Positions 36,160 to 50,613 are shown, counted from the stretch's first letter. The stretch: DNA of 64,000 nt from Scyliorhinus canicula (GCF_902713615.1 NC_052169.1:4924285-4988284); one strand, 5' to 3'. The notes: generated from the sequence alone by a model not told the origin. A program made the numbers and translations.

Positions 36160-38300
36160 GGAATCCAGTGCTAACCGAGTGACCTCTGACTGATGACCTA
36201 TCACTGGGTTAATTGCCTGTTGATTTCTGGATATGTTAGATTGCCCATTAATTTCGGATCAACAGGCTGATACTTGGTACTTGGCAGCTGGCAGTCGTTT
36301 TCTGTTGTCTGGCTTTAGGAGAAGAAACTGGCTCCACAGTTTTAATGTCACGTTCCCTAACCAGCCCAATGTCTTGCTGGGAGTAAGTGTAACTCCAGGA
36401 CGTTGTCCTCAAACCTGAGTCGAGTGCAAGATGTCATTACGTGCTCTATGGTTTGGCCAGGGTTTCCGCAGTCGCAGCCTGGCGAGGTTTTAAGGTACCA
36501 CTTATGACTCTTTGCCGCAGAAGGCTGTGGAGGCCAAATCACTGAGTGTCTTTAAGACAGAGATAGATAGGTTCTTGATTAATAATGGGCTCTGGGGTTG
36601 TGGGGAGGAGGCAAGAGAATGGGGATGAGAAAAATAGTAGCCATGATTGATTGGCGGAGCAGACTCGATGCTCCAAGTGGCCTAATTCTGCCCCTATGTT
36701 TTATTGTCTAATGGTCTTATGGTCTACTTGTACATCAGGTGGCCACATAGGCCATGTCCACCGGCTCTGCGAGAGATTGAAGCCGGATTGTTGAGGTGTT
36801 GGGTCAGAGAAAGTGGGCAGGATTCTCCGGCTGCTCTCAGATGGCAGACTTCTCTGCTCCCGCTGGCAGCGCAACCCCACCCGCAGGTTTCCTGGCGGCA
36901 TGGGGTGTCTTCAATGGGAGATCCCATTGAGAAGTGTCGGGATTCTCCAATCCCGCCAGTGATCGGCACAGCCAAATTCTCCATCCTTGCTAGTAGCAGA
37001 GCGGGGCAGACCCGCAATGGAGAATCCCAACCAATGTGGTTATTTGGGGGAGGGGGAGGGTTTCTGCCCAAGCTTTCCTCCAGGCGTAATCAGTGTTAAG
37101 AAGTTAACGATTCTCGATTTATGCCAGAGGGGGTTTGTATTGCCATGTGGTGGGTTATGAGGGGAGGGGCGAAGTCTTAATGGTCGCCATGGATCAGGAG
37201 TCCAAGTTGCTGCTGATACAGGTTATTCTCTGGGTGGCATCCCATTCAATCCGGGGTAGGGGAGGGATGATATTTAAGGGGCTGAACTGGAGGTGACTCA
37301 TGGTTCCAGAGATGATCCTTATTACAGAGTGAAGTATGTCAATGAGTTTGGTGCGATGATCTGAGGCCTACACGGGTGCACAGTACTCAGCTGTCGAGAA
37401 GATCGGAGTTACGGCAGATGTACAATGGACAAGTTGTTTGTACACTTTAGTTTGTGCGAGCCAGCTTGTGAATGATGTTCACTTGCGTCTTGGTTTCTTG
37501 GGGATGGTCATTTAGGGAGAGGACAAGGGTCACTCCAGGATAGGTAGGACTTGGGTCACACTGCACTTTCGCTAAGGTGACATTTAAGGTGTTGTGTGCT
37601 TTGCGTTTTTCAGTGTGGGCTGCAGGGACGATGGACTTGTCTGGGTTTAGTTACAGTTTCCACTTGTGTGGAAATAGTCAGCCATTTTTGCCAGGTCAGA
37701 GTTCGGTGCACCTTCCGTGCTCCGAAAAGATCTTGCCTGAGTTGCCAGGTCAATATCATCAGCATCAATAACTTTTGTGATGATGTGGTGGGCCAGTTGT
37801 TTATGTAGATGTAAAAGTGTTGGTACCCGCGCACTGCCCTGTCAGAGATCATTGTTTGGTTCTCTTGGGGTTTGAGTCTTGGAGGTGGACCGTCAGCCGA
37901 CAGTACTGGAGTTATACTGCAGGCTGTACATTCTGGTACCGTGTTGGCCTTCTGGACACTAATGCAATAATGTAGTGGTCTTCATGACTATTGGTTATTT
38001 AAAAGTGGTTAACAATCAATGAGGAATTTATGGACGTGCAGCCTCCGTTGGAATGTAGGGCAATGAGACAGTCTCTCATATACATCCAGCTTTATTCCCA
38101 TCTGGTGAACTTTTAATGTTTTGAGTTGAGGTTTGGGTTCCTAATTGCAGCAAACTCATTGAGCACTTTCCATTGATACCATCCTGGAGTTATACTCCGG
38201 GTGGTGGAACACGGGTGGAATGAGGTAGCTTTCCATTTTCACTCCGCTTCAGAGTCCGATCAGGCCCTGACTCAGTATAGAGCCCTCAGGATTAATTCCC
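36160..38300 (-). mobile_element. Old RTE-X-like LINE fragment, interrupted by a CR1 tail and a MITE
   Basis: PTYPGVTL (~37535), AEYCAPV (~37370-37395) and C-terminal CDCG...QTIEHVMTSC. Boundaries approximate. Confidence 0.6.
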
Positions 38301-38422
38301 CAAACCTCTCCATAACTGCATCCCCCCCCCCCCATATAGACCCTTACCACTCGGACTCCAGTCAAAGGGGAAACTGTGGGCTCACAGTTTTCCATTGATT
38401 AATTCAGAATGTTGGCCCATAC

Positions 38423-40060
38423 TGTGATGAAAGTAGGAGTATCAGATAATTTTGTTTCTGTATTTGGCGCAGTAAGGGTTAAATCAGTTAGTGTGTGTGA
38501 GAATGCTGCAGTCACGTTTGAAAAATCCTGGTTTGAAAGACAGCTCGGCCTTTTGGGGCCAGAGGTGCAATTAAAGCGTCGTAAAAGTTTGGGCTAATAT
38601 AATTCTATCTCCATTGAGAGGGTTCACTGGGGAATTAGAGATAAATAGTGTTCAGTTTAGTGAGATGATGTAGTTAATGCCAGGCGATGGGGGTTTGAAG
38701 CAGTCAGCTGTTGGGGGTTTTCAGAGTTAGTTTTTGAGTCAGAATGTTTCTGAAGAAATACAGCCAGAGATTCTGCATTATTCGGACAGGGTCTCTTTCT
38801 TTACAGTAGTCTCAAAAGATCTCTCTTTCTCAAAGTGGAGTATCCAGACATCTCTGAACAGCAAGTTGTAGGAGCATTTTCAAGGACTGAGTATTGAGCT
38901 GGCTTTTACATAGGGTTCCTCCCTCTTAGTTACAGCTCAGCTGAACACAAAGACCTGCAGACACACCAACTCTGGCTAAGACGGCTTTATTTTTCCAAGC
39001 TTGGTCAATGTACGAGGGAGAGAGATTTGGATAAATGCCAAAACCACACTATTTTACATTGGCTCAGGCCCCACAACTATACCAGTTTCCAAAAATCAAT
39101 AGCCCACCACAGTTGGGCTTGATCCAATCCTTGGTGCTGTCAATTTTATATTGACCAATGAAGTTTACTTTCAGCAGCACGGTGACTGTGATCAGCTCAT
39201 GATTTAACCCTATCCTGTCACCCGTTGTTTACCAGGACACCTTATCCGTTATGTTTTGTTTTGCCGCCATTCCCATGTTGCCTACCTCAGCCAGTTCCTG
39301 CCCACCTCATTGTTCGTGTGGGTGCAGGATGTTGAAGTTGGTTCCTCTTTACACCATGGATTGTCCGAGACAGGATGTTGAGGCCACTGATAAGAACTGC
39401 TTATTGAGCTGACTGTGTTATTGCTGACCGCACTATTTATGTCTAATTCTGTTTGTCTTAAAAACATGGGCAAGTTAGCTAGCTAAAATCCCAACATGCA
39501 TTGCGGCCACTGCTTTTAGCAAGAGTTTAAATGCTTGTTACTGCAATGTTCTAAAATACATATTTAATGATTAATAATAATAATAATAATAATAATGATT
39601 ACTGGGTATACTTTCTACGATTAGTCTCAATCCTCAAAAAACAAACTTATGTAGAATATTCTAGTGTTAACCTAGCTATCCGGTTTTAAGAGGTCTCATC
39701 TCAGGACACCCCTTTCACAAGTATTCCTGAGTGCTAACTGTATTTAAAAGTGGATTGAGAGCTGCGATGGTTCTGTTGTTTGAGTGGAAGTAAAGATAGC
39801 AGTTAAGGGTCATGGTGTAACTGTATTGATTAGCGTTTTTTAAGGGGCAATTGTGAGATATTTTCTTGCATGATGTTAAAGATATTTTAATTCTGTGTTA
39901 GTAATAAAGTTTGTTTTGATACACCATATCCTTAACTTTTGTAAAATTACTCCTGGAGCGAGGAATCCTTTACTCAAAGTCTTAGAAAATTAAAATAAAA
40001 TAATTGGGGTTTCTGCCCAGTATCTTAGCCACTGGTGGGGTCTGCTCTGTGATCGTAGTA
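38423..40060 (+). mobile_element. Solo LTR (~810 bp) interrupted by a second solo LTR
   Basis: Starts TGTGATG, 4-bp TSD ATAC (38419-38422 and 40061-40064), AATAAA at ~39903. The 3' CA has decayed to TA. Confidence 0.7.
38895..39719 (-). mobile_element. Nested ERV-like solo LTR (825 bp)
   Basis: TG...CA termini (sense strand starts TGTGAAAGGGG), 5-bp TSD AGTAT (38890-38894 and 39720-39724), AATAAA on the minus strand at ~38986. Confidence 0.8.
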
Positions 40061-41804
40061 ATACCCTCACACTGCAGTCTAATTTCCATCCTCTTTTTAG
40101 TTGTGTTAGAGAATCATTACATGCAAAAATCTTAGTCGATATACCACATATTTATTTAAATATTGTATATATGAATAATTCAAATCGCGAGTTACACCAT
40201 TTATTAAGAGAAGTTCAATGCTCCCTATGTAAATGAGTGGATATTAATTTCAGAAGTTAGTTATCTACATAAAGTTCAATGGCATTGGTGCTTCTTTGCT
40301 TTGTCAATATCACTTGCTTATTTCAATACACTTACACATGAATGTGAAGTAATTTACTTGACATTTTGCTCTTAGGTTCAATGCTTTTCTCTTTATTTAA
40401 AAATGCCAATATAGCCTGCTTTTTAATTTAAAAGGCATGGTGGAGATCTTTATAGAACTCCTACACAAGAACTATGATAATGTCATCAGAAAATATTGTT
40501 CATCCCATGCTGGTTCCCTGGAAACTTTCAAAAAGCAATTGGAGTAATACTCCAAAAGGCAATAGAGTTTGCAGGGCTATAGAGGAAGGGTGGTTGGTGG
40601 GGGTGGGGGTGTTGTGTGATTCATTTGATCTCCATGTGGTTCTAGGAACAGGCTGACGAAGGAGGGGGGAAACACATAGGCTGGAAACAGAAAGTGCCAA
40701 GTAAGGCCCTGGCTGGAATCGATCCAGGCCGTCTGCAGGAGCACGCAAGTCAACACAAACTCATTATCGCTATATGGACTTTGTGAATATCCACTCACGT
40801 TTATACAAAAGAACTAGACCATGCTATGAGTATGTAACTAACTTCCAGACACAGGTGTTCAACATAGGGGGGGGGGTAGCATGGTAGCACAAGTGGTTAG
40901 CACTGTGGCTTCACTGCGCCAGGGTCCCAGGTTCGATTTCCCGCTGGGTCACTTTCTGTGTGGAGTCTGCACATTCTCCCCATGTCTGCGTGGGTTTCCT
41001 CCGGGTGCTCCAGTTTTCTCCCATAGTTCAAAGACGTGCAGGTTAAGTGGATTGGCCATGATAAATTTCCCTTAGTGACCAAAAAAAGGTTAGAAAGGGT
41101 TATTGGGTTACGGGCGTAGGGTGGAAGTGAGGGCCTAAGTGGGTCGGTGCAGACTCGATGGACCGAATGGCCTCCTTCTGCACGGTATGTTCCATGTTGT
41201 ATGTAACCTTGCAGCAGGGCAAACGATAAACAAAGAGCCCATCAGACTCCGTAATGGGCTAATAGCTGGTCAGACACGAGTGATTCAGAGGACAATGGAT
41301 CTGGATTGAATCACCCTGGGTGAACAGAAGTGTCCTGTTTATTCCCATTGATGAATTTAAGTCTGGATGTGTCAATAGAACTCAGACCAGATGTGGGTGT
41401 TTACCTATGACTCAGTGCTACCACAACCAGTATAAAAGAATGGCGGAAATAGCTGACTCTGGTAAGGGGGGGGGGGGGGGGGCTGGGGAGCGGGTAGACG
41501 ATCCCCTAACCGCTGTGCACATGGAATGTAAGGGTGTTAAGTGACCTGGTAAGGAGATCGTTTTTAAAAAATAACTTTAGAGTACCCAATTATTTTTTCC
41601 CAATTAAGGGGCAATTTAGCGTGGCCAATCCACCTACCCTGCACATCTTTGGGTTGTGGGGGTGAAACCCACAAAGTCATGGGCAGAATGTGCAAACTCC
41701 ACACGGCCAGTGACCCGGTGCCGGGATCGAACTCAGGTCCTCAGCGCCATAGGCAGCAGTGCTAACCTCTGCGCCACTACGCCACCCCTGGTAAAGAGAT
41801 CTAG

Positions 41805-42660
41805 GTGTTTATGCAACTTAAGACTTCGGAAGCTGATGTGGTGCTGTTCCAGGTGACCCATTTGCGGGTCAGAAATCAGATAAGGTTAGGGAAGTGTTAG
41901 GTGGGACAGGTGTTTCATTCTGGGTTTGATAGTCGGGTCCGGGAGACAGCGATCCTGATTAATAGGAAGGTAGCCCGATGAATCTGAATGGGAGGAATGC
42001 CATGGGTTTTTTTTTCTCTTTTTTAAAATAAATGTAGAGTACCCAATTCATTTTTTCCAATTAAGGGGCAATTTAGCGTGGCCAATCCACCTAGCCTGCA
42101 CATTTTTGGGTTGTGGGGGCGAAACCCACGCAGACACGGGGAGAATGTGCAAACTCCTCACTGTCAGTGACCCAGAGCCGGGATCGAACCTGGGACCTCG
42201 GCGACATGAGCAGCAGGGCTAACCCACTGCGCCACCGTGCTGCCCCGAGGGATGTCATGGTTAACGGGTTGTTAGCAGGGGCACTGATGGTGCTGGTCAA
42301 TGTGTACGCCCCGAATTGGGACAATGCAGCTTTTATTAATAAGTGTTTTTGATTTAGAATTTGGATTCGCAGCAGCTAATCACGGGAGGGGACTTCAACT
42401 GTGGATTAGATCCCAGACTGGGTAAGTCAAGACCTAAGGCGTTGAGGAGTTCTGGGATGGCAAAAGCATTGTCGGCCTTCATGGAGCAGGGTGGAGGGAG
42501 ACGACCCGTGGAGATTTCTACACCCAGGAGAGAAGGATCTTCTGTTGTTCTCTCAGGTTCACCAGATGTACTCCAGGATTGTTTTCTTCATGACCCGGGA
42601 TGGTGGAGGCAGGTACTCGGCGATAGTGCTTTCCGATCGGGTCCCGGTGTGGCTCCTTCT
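41805..42660 (+). mobile_element. L1-clade LINE ORF2 endonuclease fragment (interrupted by a SINE at ~42010-42246)
   Basis: LVNVYAPN, GGDFNC.LDP and DPWRFLHP...YSRI APE-domain motifs. Confidence 0.85.
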
Positions 42661-42829
42661 CGGGGTACAATTTGAACCTGGGTGAAAGCGAATGCTTTCC
42701 GCTGAATCTCTCATGAATCTCTCTGGGGGCAGGTCCAGGTTTTGTTATCTGGCAGTCCGGGAGGCCCGCGAGTGGGCTTCGCTACCAAAGTTAAATTTTG
42801 GGAACCTGGTTAAAGTGGTGAAGGGTTTT

Positions 42830-43390
42830 GAATTGGATTGGATTTGTTTATTGTCACGTGTACCGAGGTACAGTGAAAAGTATTTTTCTGCGAGCAGCTC
42901 AACAGATCATTAAGTACATGGGAAGAAATGGGAATAAAAGAAAATACATAATAGGGCAACACAAGGTACTCAATGTAACTACCTAAGCATTGGCATCGGA
43001 TGAAGCATACAGGGTGTAGTGTTAATGAGGTCAGTCCATAAGAGGGTCATTTAGGAGTCCGGTAACAGCGGAGAAGAAGCTGTTTTTGAGTCTGTTTGTG
43101 CGTGTTCTCAGACTTTTGTATCTCCTGCCCAGTGGGAGAAGTTGGAAAAGTGAGTAAGCCGGGTGGGAGGGATCTTTGGTTATGCTGCCCGCTTTCCCCA
43201 GGCAGCGGGAGGTGTAGATGGAGTTAATGGATGGGAGGCAGGTTCGTGTGATGGACTGGGCGGTGTTCACAACTTTCTGAAGTTTCTTGCGGTCCTGGGT
43301 CGAGCAGTTGCCATACCGGGTCATGATGCAGCCCGATAGGATGCTTTCTATGGTGCATCTGTAAAAGTTGGTAAGAGTTAATGTGGACTA
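42830..43390 (-). mobile_element. Rex1/Babar-type LINE 3' fragment (second copy at ~50845-51150)
   Basis: LQKVV.TAQSI...IYTSRC...KDPSHP...LLP.GRRY...TNRLKNSFF; (TTGGA)-type tail. Confidence 0.8.
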
Positions 43391-46300
43391 AAGAGCTAAA
43401 CAGATGGGATAACCTCTGATGGAGCTGACTTTGACGGCGAGGGTTCAGTCAGTCAAAATGAATATCCTCCCAAGATTTCTATTTTTATTTCCGTGCCTTC
43501 CAGTTTTCCTTTTGAAACATTTCTTTGCAGGAGTCTCATCTTGATCTCATCTTTTATTTGGGTGGACAGGATCCCACGGGTCCATAGGTTTTTTTTTACA
43601 AAGGTATAGACATCATGGGGCCTGGTTTTGCCCAACCTGTTATACTATTATTGGGAGGTGAACATTGAAAAGGTGCAGGGGTAGTATAGAGGGACGGGAT
43701 CCATATTATCTGCAGGAATATCACCGCATCCCTGGCCTTCTATTCTGTTCCATCTGCCCCTCCCCTCTATGTCAAACAACCTATCATATTTCTCCCCCTC
43801 CCTAGTCCCTACAAAGAGTCATATTGGGCTCGAAACTCCGCTTCTCTCTCCACAGATGATGCCGGACCTGCTGAGTTCTTTCCTCAGAATTTTCTATTTT
43901 GTTTTCTCTCTATTTGGTATTGTTCAAATCAGGGAGTAAGGGGTGAGAGAGAGAGGTTTGTTTGGAGCGTTAGGAGAGGCCTGGACCATTTGAGCCTCTT
44001 GTGAGCTTCAGATTGTGTGTATTTCTATGTAAACGTGGAGGCACACCACCAGCCCACATGGATATCCATGGGCAGCACGGTAGCACAGTGGTTAGCACAG
44101 TTGCGTCACAGCTCCAGGTTCCCAGGTTCAATTCCCGGCTTGGGTCACTGTCTGTGCGGAGTTTGCACGTTCTCCCCATGTCTGCGTGGGTTTCCTCTGG
44201 GTGCTCCGGTTTCCTCCCACAGTCCAAAGATGTGCGGGTTAGGGGGATTGGCCGTGCTCAATTGCCTTTAGTGTCCAAAAAACGTTAAGTGAGGGTTACT
44301 GGGTGATGGGGATAGGGTAGACACGTGGGCTTCAGTAGGGTGCTCTTTGTAAGGGCCGGTGCAGACTCGATGGGCCGAATGGCCTCCTTCTGCCCTGTAA
44401 ATCCTAAGATTCGATGACATCCAGTATTTAAAAATTCAATTAGTCCTGACAAAATAAGAGACATGTTCTAACTAATTAAGATGCAGAGTGTTGATGCTAT
44501 CTCTGCCATTTGTGGTGTAGACTAGAGTGACGGGACAGATTCAATTGCCTGTGTGGTTTAGTTGTAATACAAAGTGTCACAGCATCCACTAAGAAGGTCA
44601 CAGCCACATTGAAATTAAATATTTTTTAAACTGAGATTAATCACAAGTCACTGTGGGTTGGAGCAAAATAATTACTAGGGGTGTACATTCTTTCTAAAAA
44701 TAGGTAGTAAATAGTGGAAGCGAACAGGAGATCAACCAGCATTTGACAGAAGAGAGACAGGTTAATGTTTCAGGTGTGGCACAGTGGTTAGCACTGCTGC
44801 CTCACAGTGCCGGGGACCCGGGTTCAATTCCGGCCTTGGGTGACTGTGCGGAGTCTGCACGTTCTCCCCCTGTCTGCATGGGTTTCCTCCGGGTGCTCCG
44901 GTTTCCTCCCGCAGTCCAAAGATGTGCAGGTTAGGTGGGGTTACGGGGATAGGGTGGTGGGGGGGCCTTGGCAGGGTGCTCTTACGGAGGGACAGTGCAG
45001 ACGTGATGGGCTAAATGGCCTCCATCTGCACTGTAGGGTACCTATGTATGACTCTTCCAGCAGAATGCCACATGTTGGAACTGAGCAGATACTGAGTGAC
45101 CTGTTCCATGTTCTCTGTTTGCAGCTCAGATTTCTGGTTTTAACACCCTGATATTGGGTGGGGCAACTTACCCCACCTTGACCTTGCCCCATTTCTCCAT
45201 GTCAACCTATGGTTTTTGAGGCTGATTCCTGCTCTCCTTCAGCCTAAACTCCCCCTCCAGCCACTGGCCAAATGCCCAGCCAAGGTCTGTGATCTGATAT
45301 CGGGTGGGTCATTGAAAATGCTTATGGCCATTAAGATCAACAGGGTCTCTTTGAACCTGGACTCCTGGGTCTGCTGCCTGCTTCAAGGTTTATGTTACAT
45401 CTGAACCCTCAACCTTTACAATCGATGTCACACATTTTTATCAAAAAGAATGAGCATCTTTGTCTCAATGATTGGGTTCTCAAAATAAATCTACTGAATT
45501 CAGTGGGAAGTTGTTGAATCACCACTTCAATGCAAGCACCATAACAGATCACTGACGTGGGAATCAGCAAGCAAGCTCATTGCTACTGACCTATGAGCTA
45601 TTTTCTTAAGAACGTCCAGGACAATTGCAGCCGCCTCCTATGAACTGTGGGTGGGATTTTACTGGTGCCGCCTGCCTCTGGGATTATTATCCAGTTCTGC
45701 CTGATGTCAATGGAATTTTGGCTGGCCCACCGTATCCCCCCACCGCGGGGCTGCAAAATCCGAAACAAGCCTCCGTTCACGACTTGTCCAGCTCTAGTTT
45801 TTTTGACTGGAAATGGGAGCCTTTTCTTGCTCACTTGGAAAGGGAAAGCTTTAAAATCATACACCCCTCCAAAACCGCACAAGGTAAAGGTTTCTGTTTG
45901 AATGAAAGTACTGGACCTTTATCGAGGACCTTCGTTGAGGCGGCACGGTGGCACAGTAGTTAGCACTGCTGCCTCGCAACGCCAGGGATCCGGGTTCAAT
46001 TCCAGCCTCGGGTGACTGTGCTGAGTCTGCACGTTCTCCCCGTGTCTGCCTGGGTTTCCTCCGGGTGCTTCGGCTTCCTCCCACAGACCAAAGATGTGCA
46101 GGTTACGTGGATTAGCCATGCTATATTGCTTCTTAGTGTCCAAAGATGTGCAGGTTAGGTGGGGTTACGGGGTAGGATGGGGGAAATGGACCTCGGTAGG
46201 GTGCTCTTCCAGAGGGTCGGTGCAGACTTGATGGGCCAAATGGCCTCCTTCGGCACTGTAGGGATTCTACTCTATGGAGGTAAACACGGGACAAACTTTT

Positions 46301-46865
46301 CAAACTGCCACATAAACTGGATGAATGCACACCCGACGAAGTGACCCACACCCCAGAGTAAGAGGCCCATTGTCACTGGTGCCCTGATAGGCATGGTACC
46401 TGAAGAGAGAGAGAGAGAGTTTGGACTTTTGGTTTTTCACTCACTCCCACTCCAGTGACATTCCTGGACTGCACTTGACAGGATCCAGGTGTTGAAATCA
46501 GGAGTGGGAATTGTGGAATCCCATTGGAGGAGTTAATGTGCATTCATTCAATCTGTGCCGGAGTATTCCCTGTGTTCACGTGGGGGAATGCCCCTTGGCA
46601 ACGTGGTTGGTGACGTAGAATTAGAACATAGAATTTACAGTGCAGAAGGGGGCCATTCGGCCCATCAAGTCTGCACCAGCCCTTGTAAAGAGCACCCCAC
46701 TTAAGCCCCACACCTCCACCCTCTCCCTGTAACCCCAGTCTAACCTTTTTTGGACACTAAGGGCAATTCAGCATGGTCAATCCACCTTTCCTGCACATCT
46801 TTGGGCACAGCTGTCCATGTTCTTATCAAAAAACTAAAGGGCAACGAAAGTCCAGTTGCCATCAA

Positions 46866-47052
46866 GGGCTGGTTTAGCTCACTGGGCTAAATCGCTGGCT
46901 TTTAAAGCAGACCAAGCCGGCCAGCAGCACGGTTCGATTCCCGTACCAGCCTCCCCGGACAGGCGCCGGAATGTGGCGACTAGGGGCTTTTCACAGTAAC
47001 TTCATTGAAGCCTACTCGTGACAATAAGCGATTTTCATTTCATTTCATTTCA
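46866..47052 (+). mobile_element. Short (~190 bp) tRNA-derived SINE with a (CATTT)n tail; copies at 15212-15395, 26678-26848, 47458-47636 (all -)
   Basis: Distinct tRNA-like head (GGGCTGGTTTAGCTCACTGG...GGTTCGATTCCC) joined to the same CAGGCGCCGG...GTGACAATAA tail. Confidence 0.85.
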
Positions 47053-50000
47053 AACCTGTCCCGCCCAAGAACGAATCTGGCCAGCTCCCCCATGAAGGCA
47101 ATGCAGAGTCTGGACACAGCAAATGAGGGAAGGCAACTATTCTGTGAGCCTCTTTGCAATTTAGCAAAGGATTGCCGCATTTCCCACCAAAACTGTATCG
47201 ACACATGCCCCGCATTAATGAGATGTAAGATGCCCTAATCACCTCTGATTGTTACATCGGTTTGTTTGCCTGTTCCTTAAATGGAAAATGCCAGTTTGGC
47301 TCAGTCAACCTGAAATCAGATTAGAGTCAGAGAAAATTAATTAATTTTTAGGCTGGAACAAATGTGTCCCATCATTGTTTGTTTGCAATGATCAATAAGT
47401 GTCCAATCTGAAACTACCTTTTAACCACACAAAAAGGGTATGTCTTACATCTGAGCGAAATGAAAAATGAAATGAAATGAAAATCGCTTATTGTCACGAG
47501 TTGGCTTCAATGAAGTTACTGTGAAAAGCCCCTAGTCGCCACATTCTGGCGCCTGTCCGGGGATCGAACTGTGCTGCTGGCCTGCCTTGGTCTGCTTTAA
47601 AAGCCAGCGATTTAGCCGAGTGAGCTAAACCAGCCCCGGGAAAGGAGGAACGTGCATTTTTATAGCACCGTTTACGACCTCGGGACCCGAGTCACAGGCC
47701 GCTCCCACAACCCACCTTTATCTTCCCACGGAACTCGCTCTGTGTTTCTGGCACAGTACCTGTTTACCACACTCACAGCTTGCTCTGTTAGGAGGAATAA
47801 CATTATACAACGGTTTCTGAAGGGGGGATTACTTTGCTATTGTCGAAAGCACCTCGTAAGCTAAGTTGCCCTGGCATTCTCTGACTGCCAGGCCTAATTA
47901 CAGTCTTTAAAGGTTAAACTTCTGTATAAATTACACCAGGGGAGGGAATGTGTCTCCAACCTGCTGTGCACCGATGGACGTCCAGGTATGAATGCAGATG
48001 ATGCCGATTAGATTACATGGCAATTCACTGACACGGTCGGTCTGCTCTTTCTTTTAATAGAATCCCTACAGTGCAGAAGGAGCCTGTTCGGCCCATCGAG
48101 TCTGCACTGGCCTTCTGACAGAGCACCCTACCTAGGCCCACTCCCCTGCCCTAGCCCCCTAATCCCGTAACCCCTCCTAACCTGCACATTTTTGGACTTG
48201 TGGGAGGGAAACACGAGCATCTGGAGAAACCCACGCAGACACGGGCAGAATGTGCAGACTCCGCGCAGACAGTGACCCAAGGCGGGAATTGAACCTGGGA
48301 CCCTGGCCGCTGCGAGGCAGCAGTGCTAACCACTGTGCTCCTATGCTGTCCCTTCCCTCTAAAGCCCCGTCGTGTGGTATTCAGGTGGTTGTTGTGTAGC
48401 CATTCACGCCTCACCTGGACACGACCTTTGCTTCTTTTCTACGGCCAGCACCAACCTCTCCGGCTGTTGTACCATGATATCGTTTGTTAGTCTCCTGTTC
48501 TCCACCTTATCACTGACTTCTCTTTTTGATCTTCCGGCATGCACTCCCCCCCCCCCCCCCCCCGAACCTACAGCAAAAGCTCCCACATTTCTATCTTTCT
48601 TCTCAACTAGGGGCTTTTCACAGTAACTTAATTTGAAGCCTACTCGTGACAATAAGCAATTTTCATTTCATTCATTTTCATTTTCATTTCACTTCATTTC
48701 AATAGGTCGCCTCAAAGTGAAAGTTGTCTCTAAGTTTCTCTCCACAGATGCTGACCGACCTGCTGATCTCTTCCAGCGCTTTTATTTCTTGTTTCAGATA
48801 CCCGGCCTCCAGGACGTTTCGCTTTTGTATCAGTGACAGGCAATTCTGACAACAGTGAAGCGTAAGTCTATTCACCCGAAGACTTCTCCCATCGTGGACT
48901 TCACAAATTGGGAGCGCTAACTGTGTTGAAACCCCGATTTGAATTCAGTCGGTCCATCAAATAGTGCAACATTTCGGAGCTACTTGCTTCAGACGTAACC
49001 GATTCAAACTCGTAATTTTCAAACGTAAATTGACAGACACATCGTCGCATGATTAAGCCTTCATCAGCGTCTCTAAGTCGGTAAAGGTGATAACATTGAG
49101 TGTAATGTTTTGTGTACTGAACCACTGAAGGTTGATTTACAAACAAAAAGCATTCACAGAATCGCAGGTTTGTTACGGAGCAGAAGGAGCAACCCCGGTA
49201 CTCGATCCTTCCCCCCCCCCCACAGGCCGCACACGCAGCGTTCGCGCGCTGTTCACGCCGGCAGCGACCAGGTGTGCTTGGCGCCGGCATGAAGTCATCG
49301 GATTGGGCAGGCCGCTCGGCCCATCCGGGCCGGAGAATCACCGCTCGCCTGATAGAAACGGCGAGCGGCGATTCTCCAAGCGGCCTGTCGTAAAACTCGG
49401 CACGCCGTTTTGGGGGGGGTGGGAGAATCGCATGCGGGTACCAGGGCGGCGTGGCGGGAATCGCCCGGCACTCCCACGATTTTCTCACCCGGCGTGGGGG
49501 TCGGAGAATCGCGCCTAGGGATTCCCAGAATTTTGACCCAGCGTCGATAATGGAACGGATGACGTAGTTCCAAGTCAGGTTGACGTTTGTGCATGTGGCT
49601 TGGAGAGGGAGCTCGGAGCTGGTGGTATTCCCCCCTCCTCCCTCCTCCCTCGGCTCTTGTCCTTCTAGCTGGTGGGGGTTATGGGTGTCGTCGAAGAACC
49701 CAATAAGAAGCTTACGGAGGAATCACTTTAATGAACATCGATGTGACTTTCTCAAATTGTCACTCATCAAATAGGCCCCTTTGCCCCCTGAGGCAGCATT
49801 ACACAAAGCAAGATTATCAGAGGGTCTTACAAGCATTCCTGTATGGGACGAGGTCATTCAGACATTGAGTCTCAAATATTTCCTCCTCAAAGCGGCCAGT
49901 CAGTAATTAAGAAGTTGGGTGCCTGCATTATTGCGATTTCGACATAAAGTTTTGATGAACAATGGCCTTTAAAATATTCCATTCTCTGGCCTTTGCATCT

Positions 50001-50613
50001 TTTAGATAATAGAGCAAATAAAAGCGGAAAGAATTTGAGAGTTCTGAGGCAGAAAGTTGACGCTGAGGATTATGAAAATGCCAGCAGTGGGTGTGAACAA
50101 CAAGCTTTATTTGCTGTTTTGGAATCGCACATCTCATCCAGAAAGACAGCACATGCATCGGTGATAATGCGATGTGTGACAGAAAAATAATGAGGTTTAT
50201 TCAGTAAAAATCTGACATTTGGTTAATTTAAATTTCTCAAGAAAGCAATAAGTACACACCTCTGTACGAATACCAATTAAAGAGGATGAAATGGTTTATT
50301 TTTAGTATGAAATAGACATCAACTAAAATTAACACGGCACATCTTACAGAACAAAACATCTTAAGGCGCTGTGCAGCGAGGGGGGAGAGGGGTGAGTTGC
50401 ATGGATACTGTACTGAGCTGGAAATAGGGGGACAAGCTGGGGGAGGTGACTGATAGGACAGTCAGCAAAGGTGCATTTTGAGGGTGGATGTGAGGAGAGG
50501 CTTAGGAAGACAATTGGTATTCCAGGCAGGAGGCAGAGCTGAAGGCATTGAGGGAGGGAAGGGCGGACGGTCAGCGCGCAGGCTGCAGAGGGACAGAGGT
50601 CAGGGAGGAAGGG

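Noticed and set aside
46866-46945. tRNA gene
   Set aside because: The tRNA-like head is fused to a SINE tail and occurs in several dispersed copies. I see no clean stand-alone cloverleaf.
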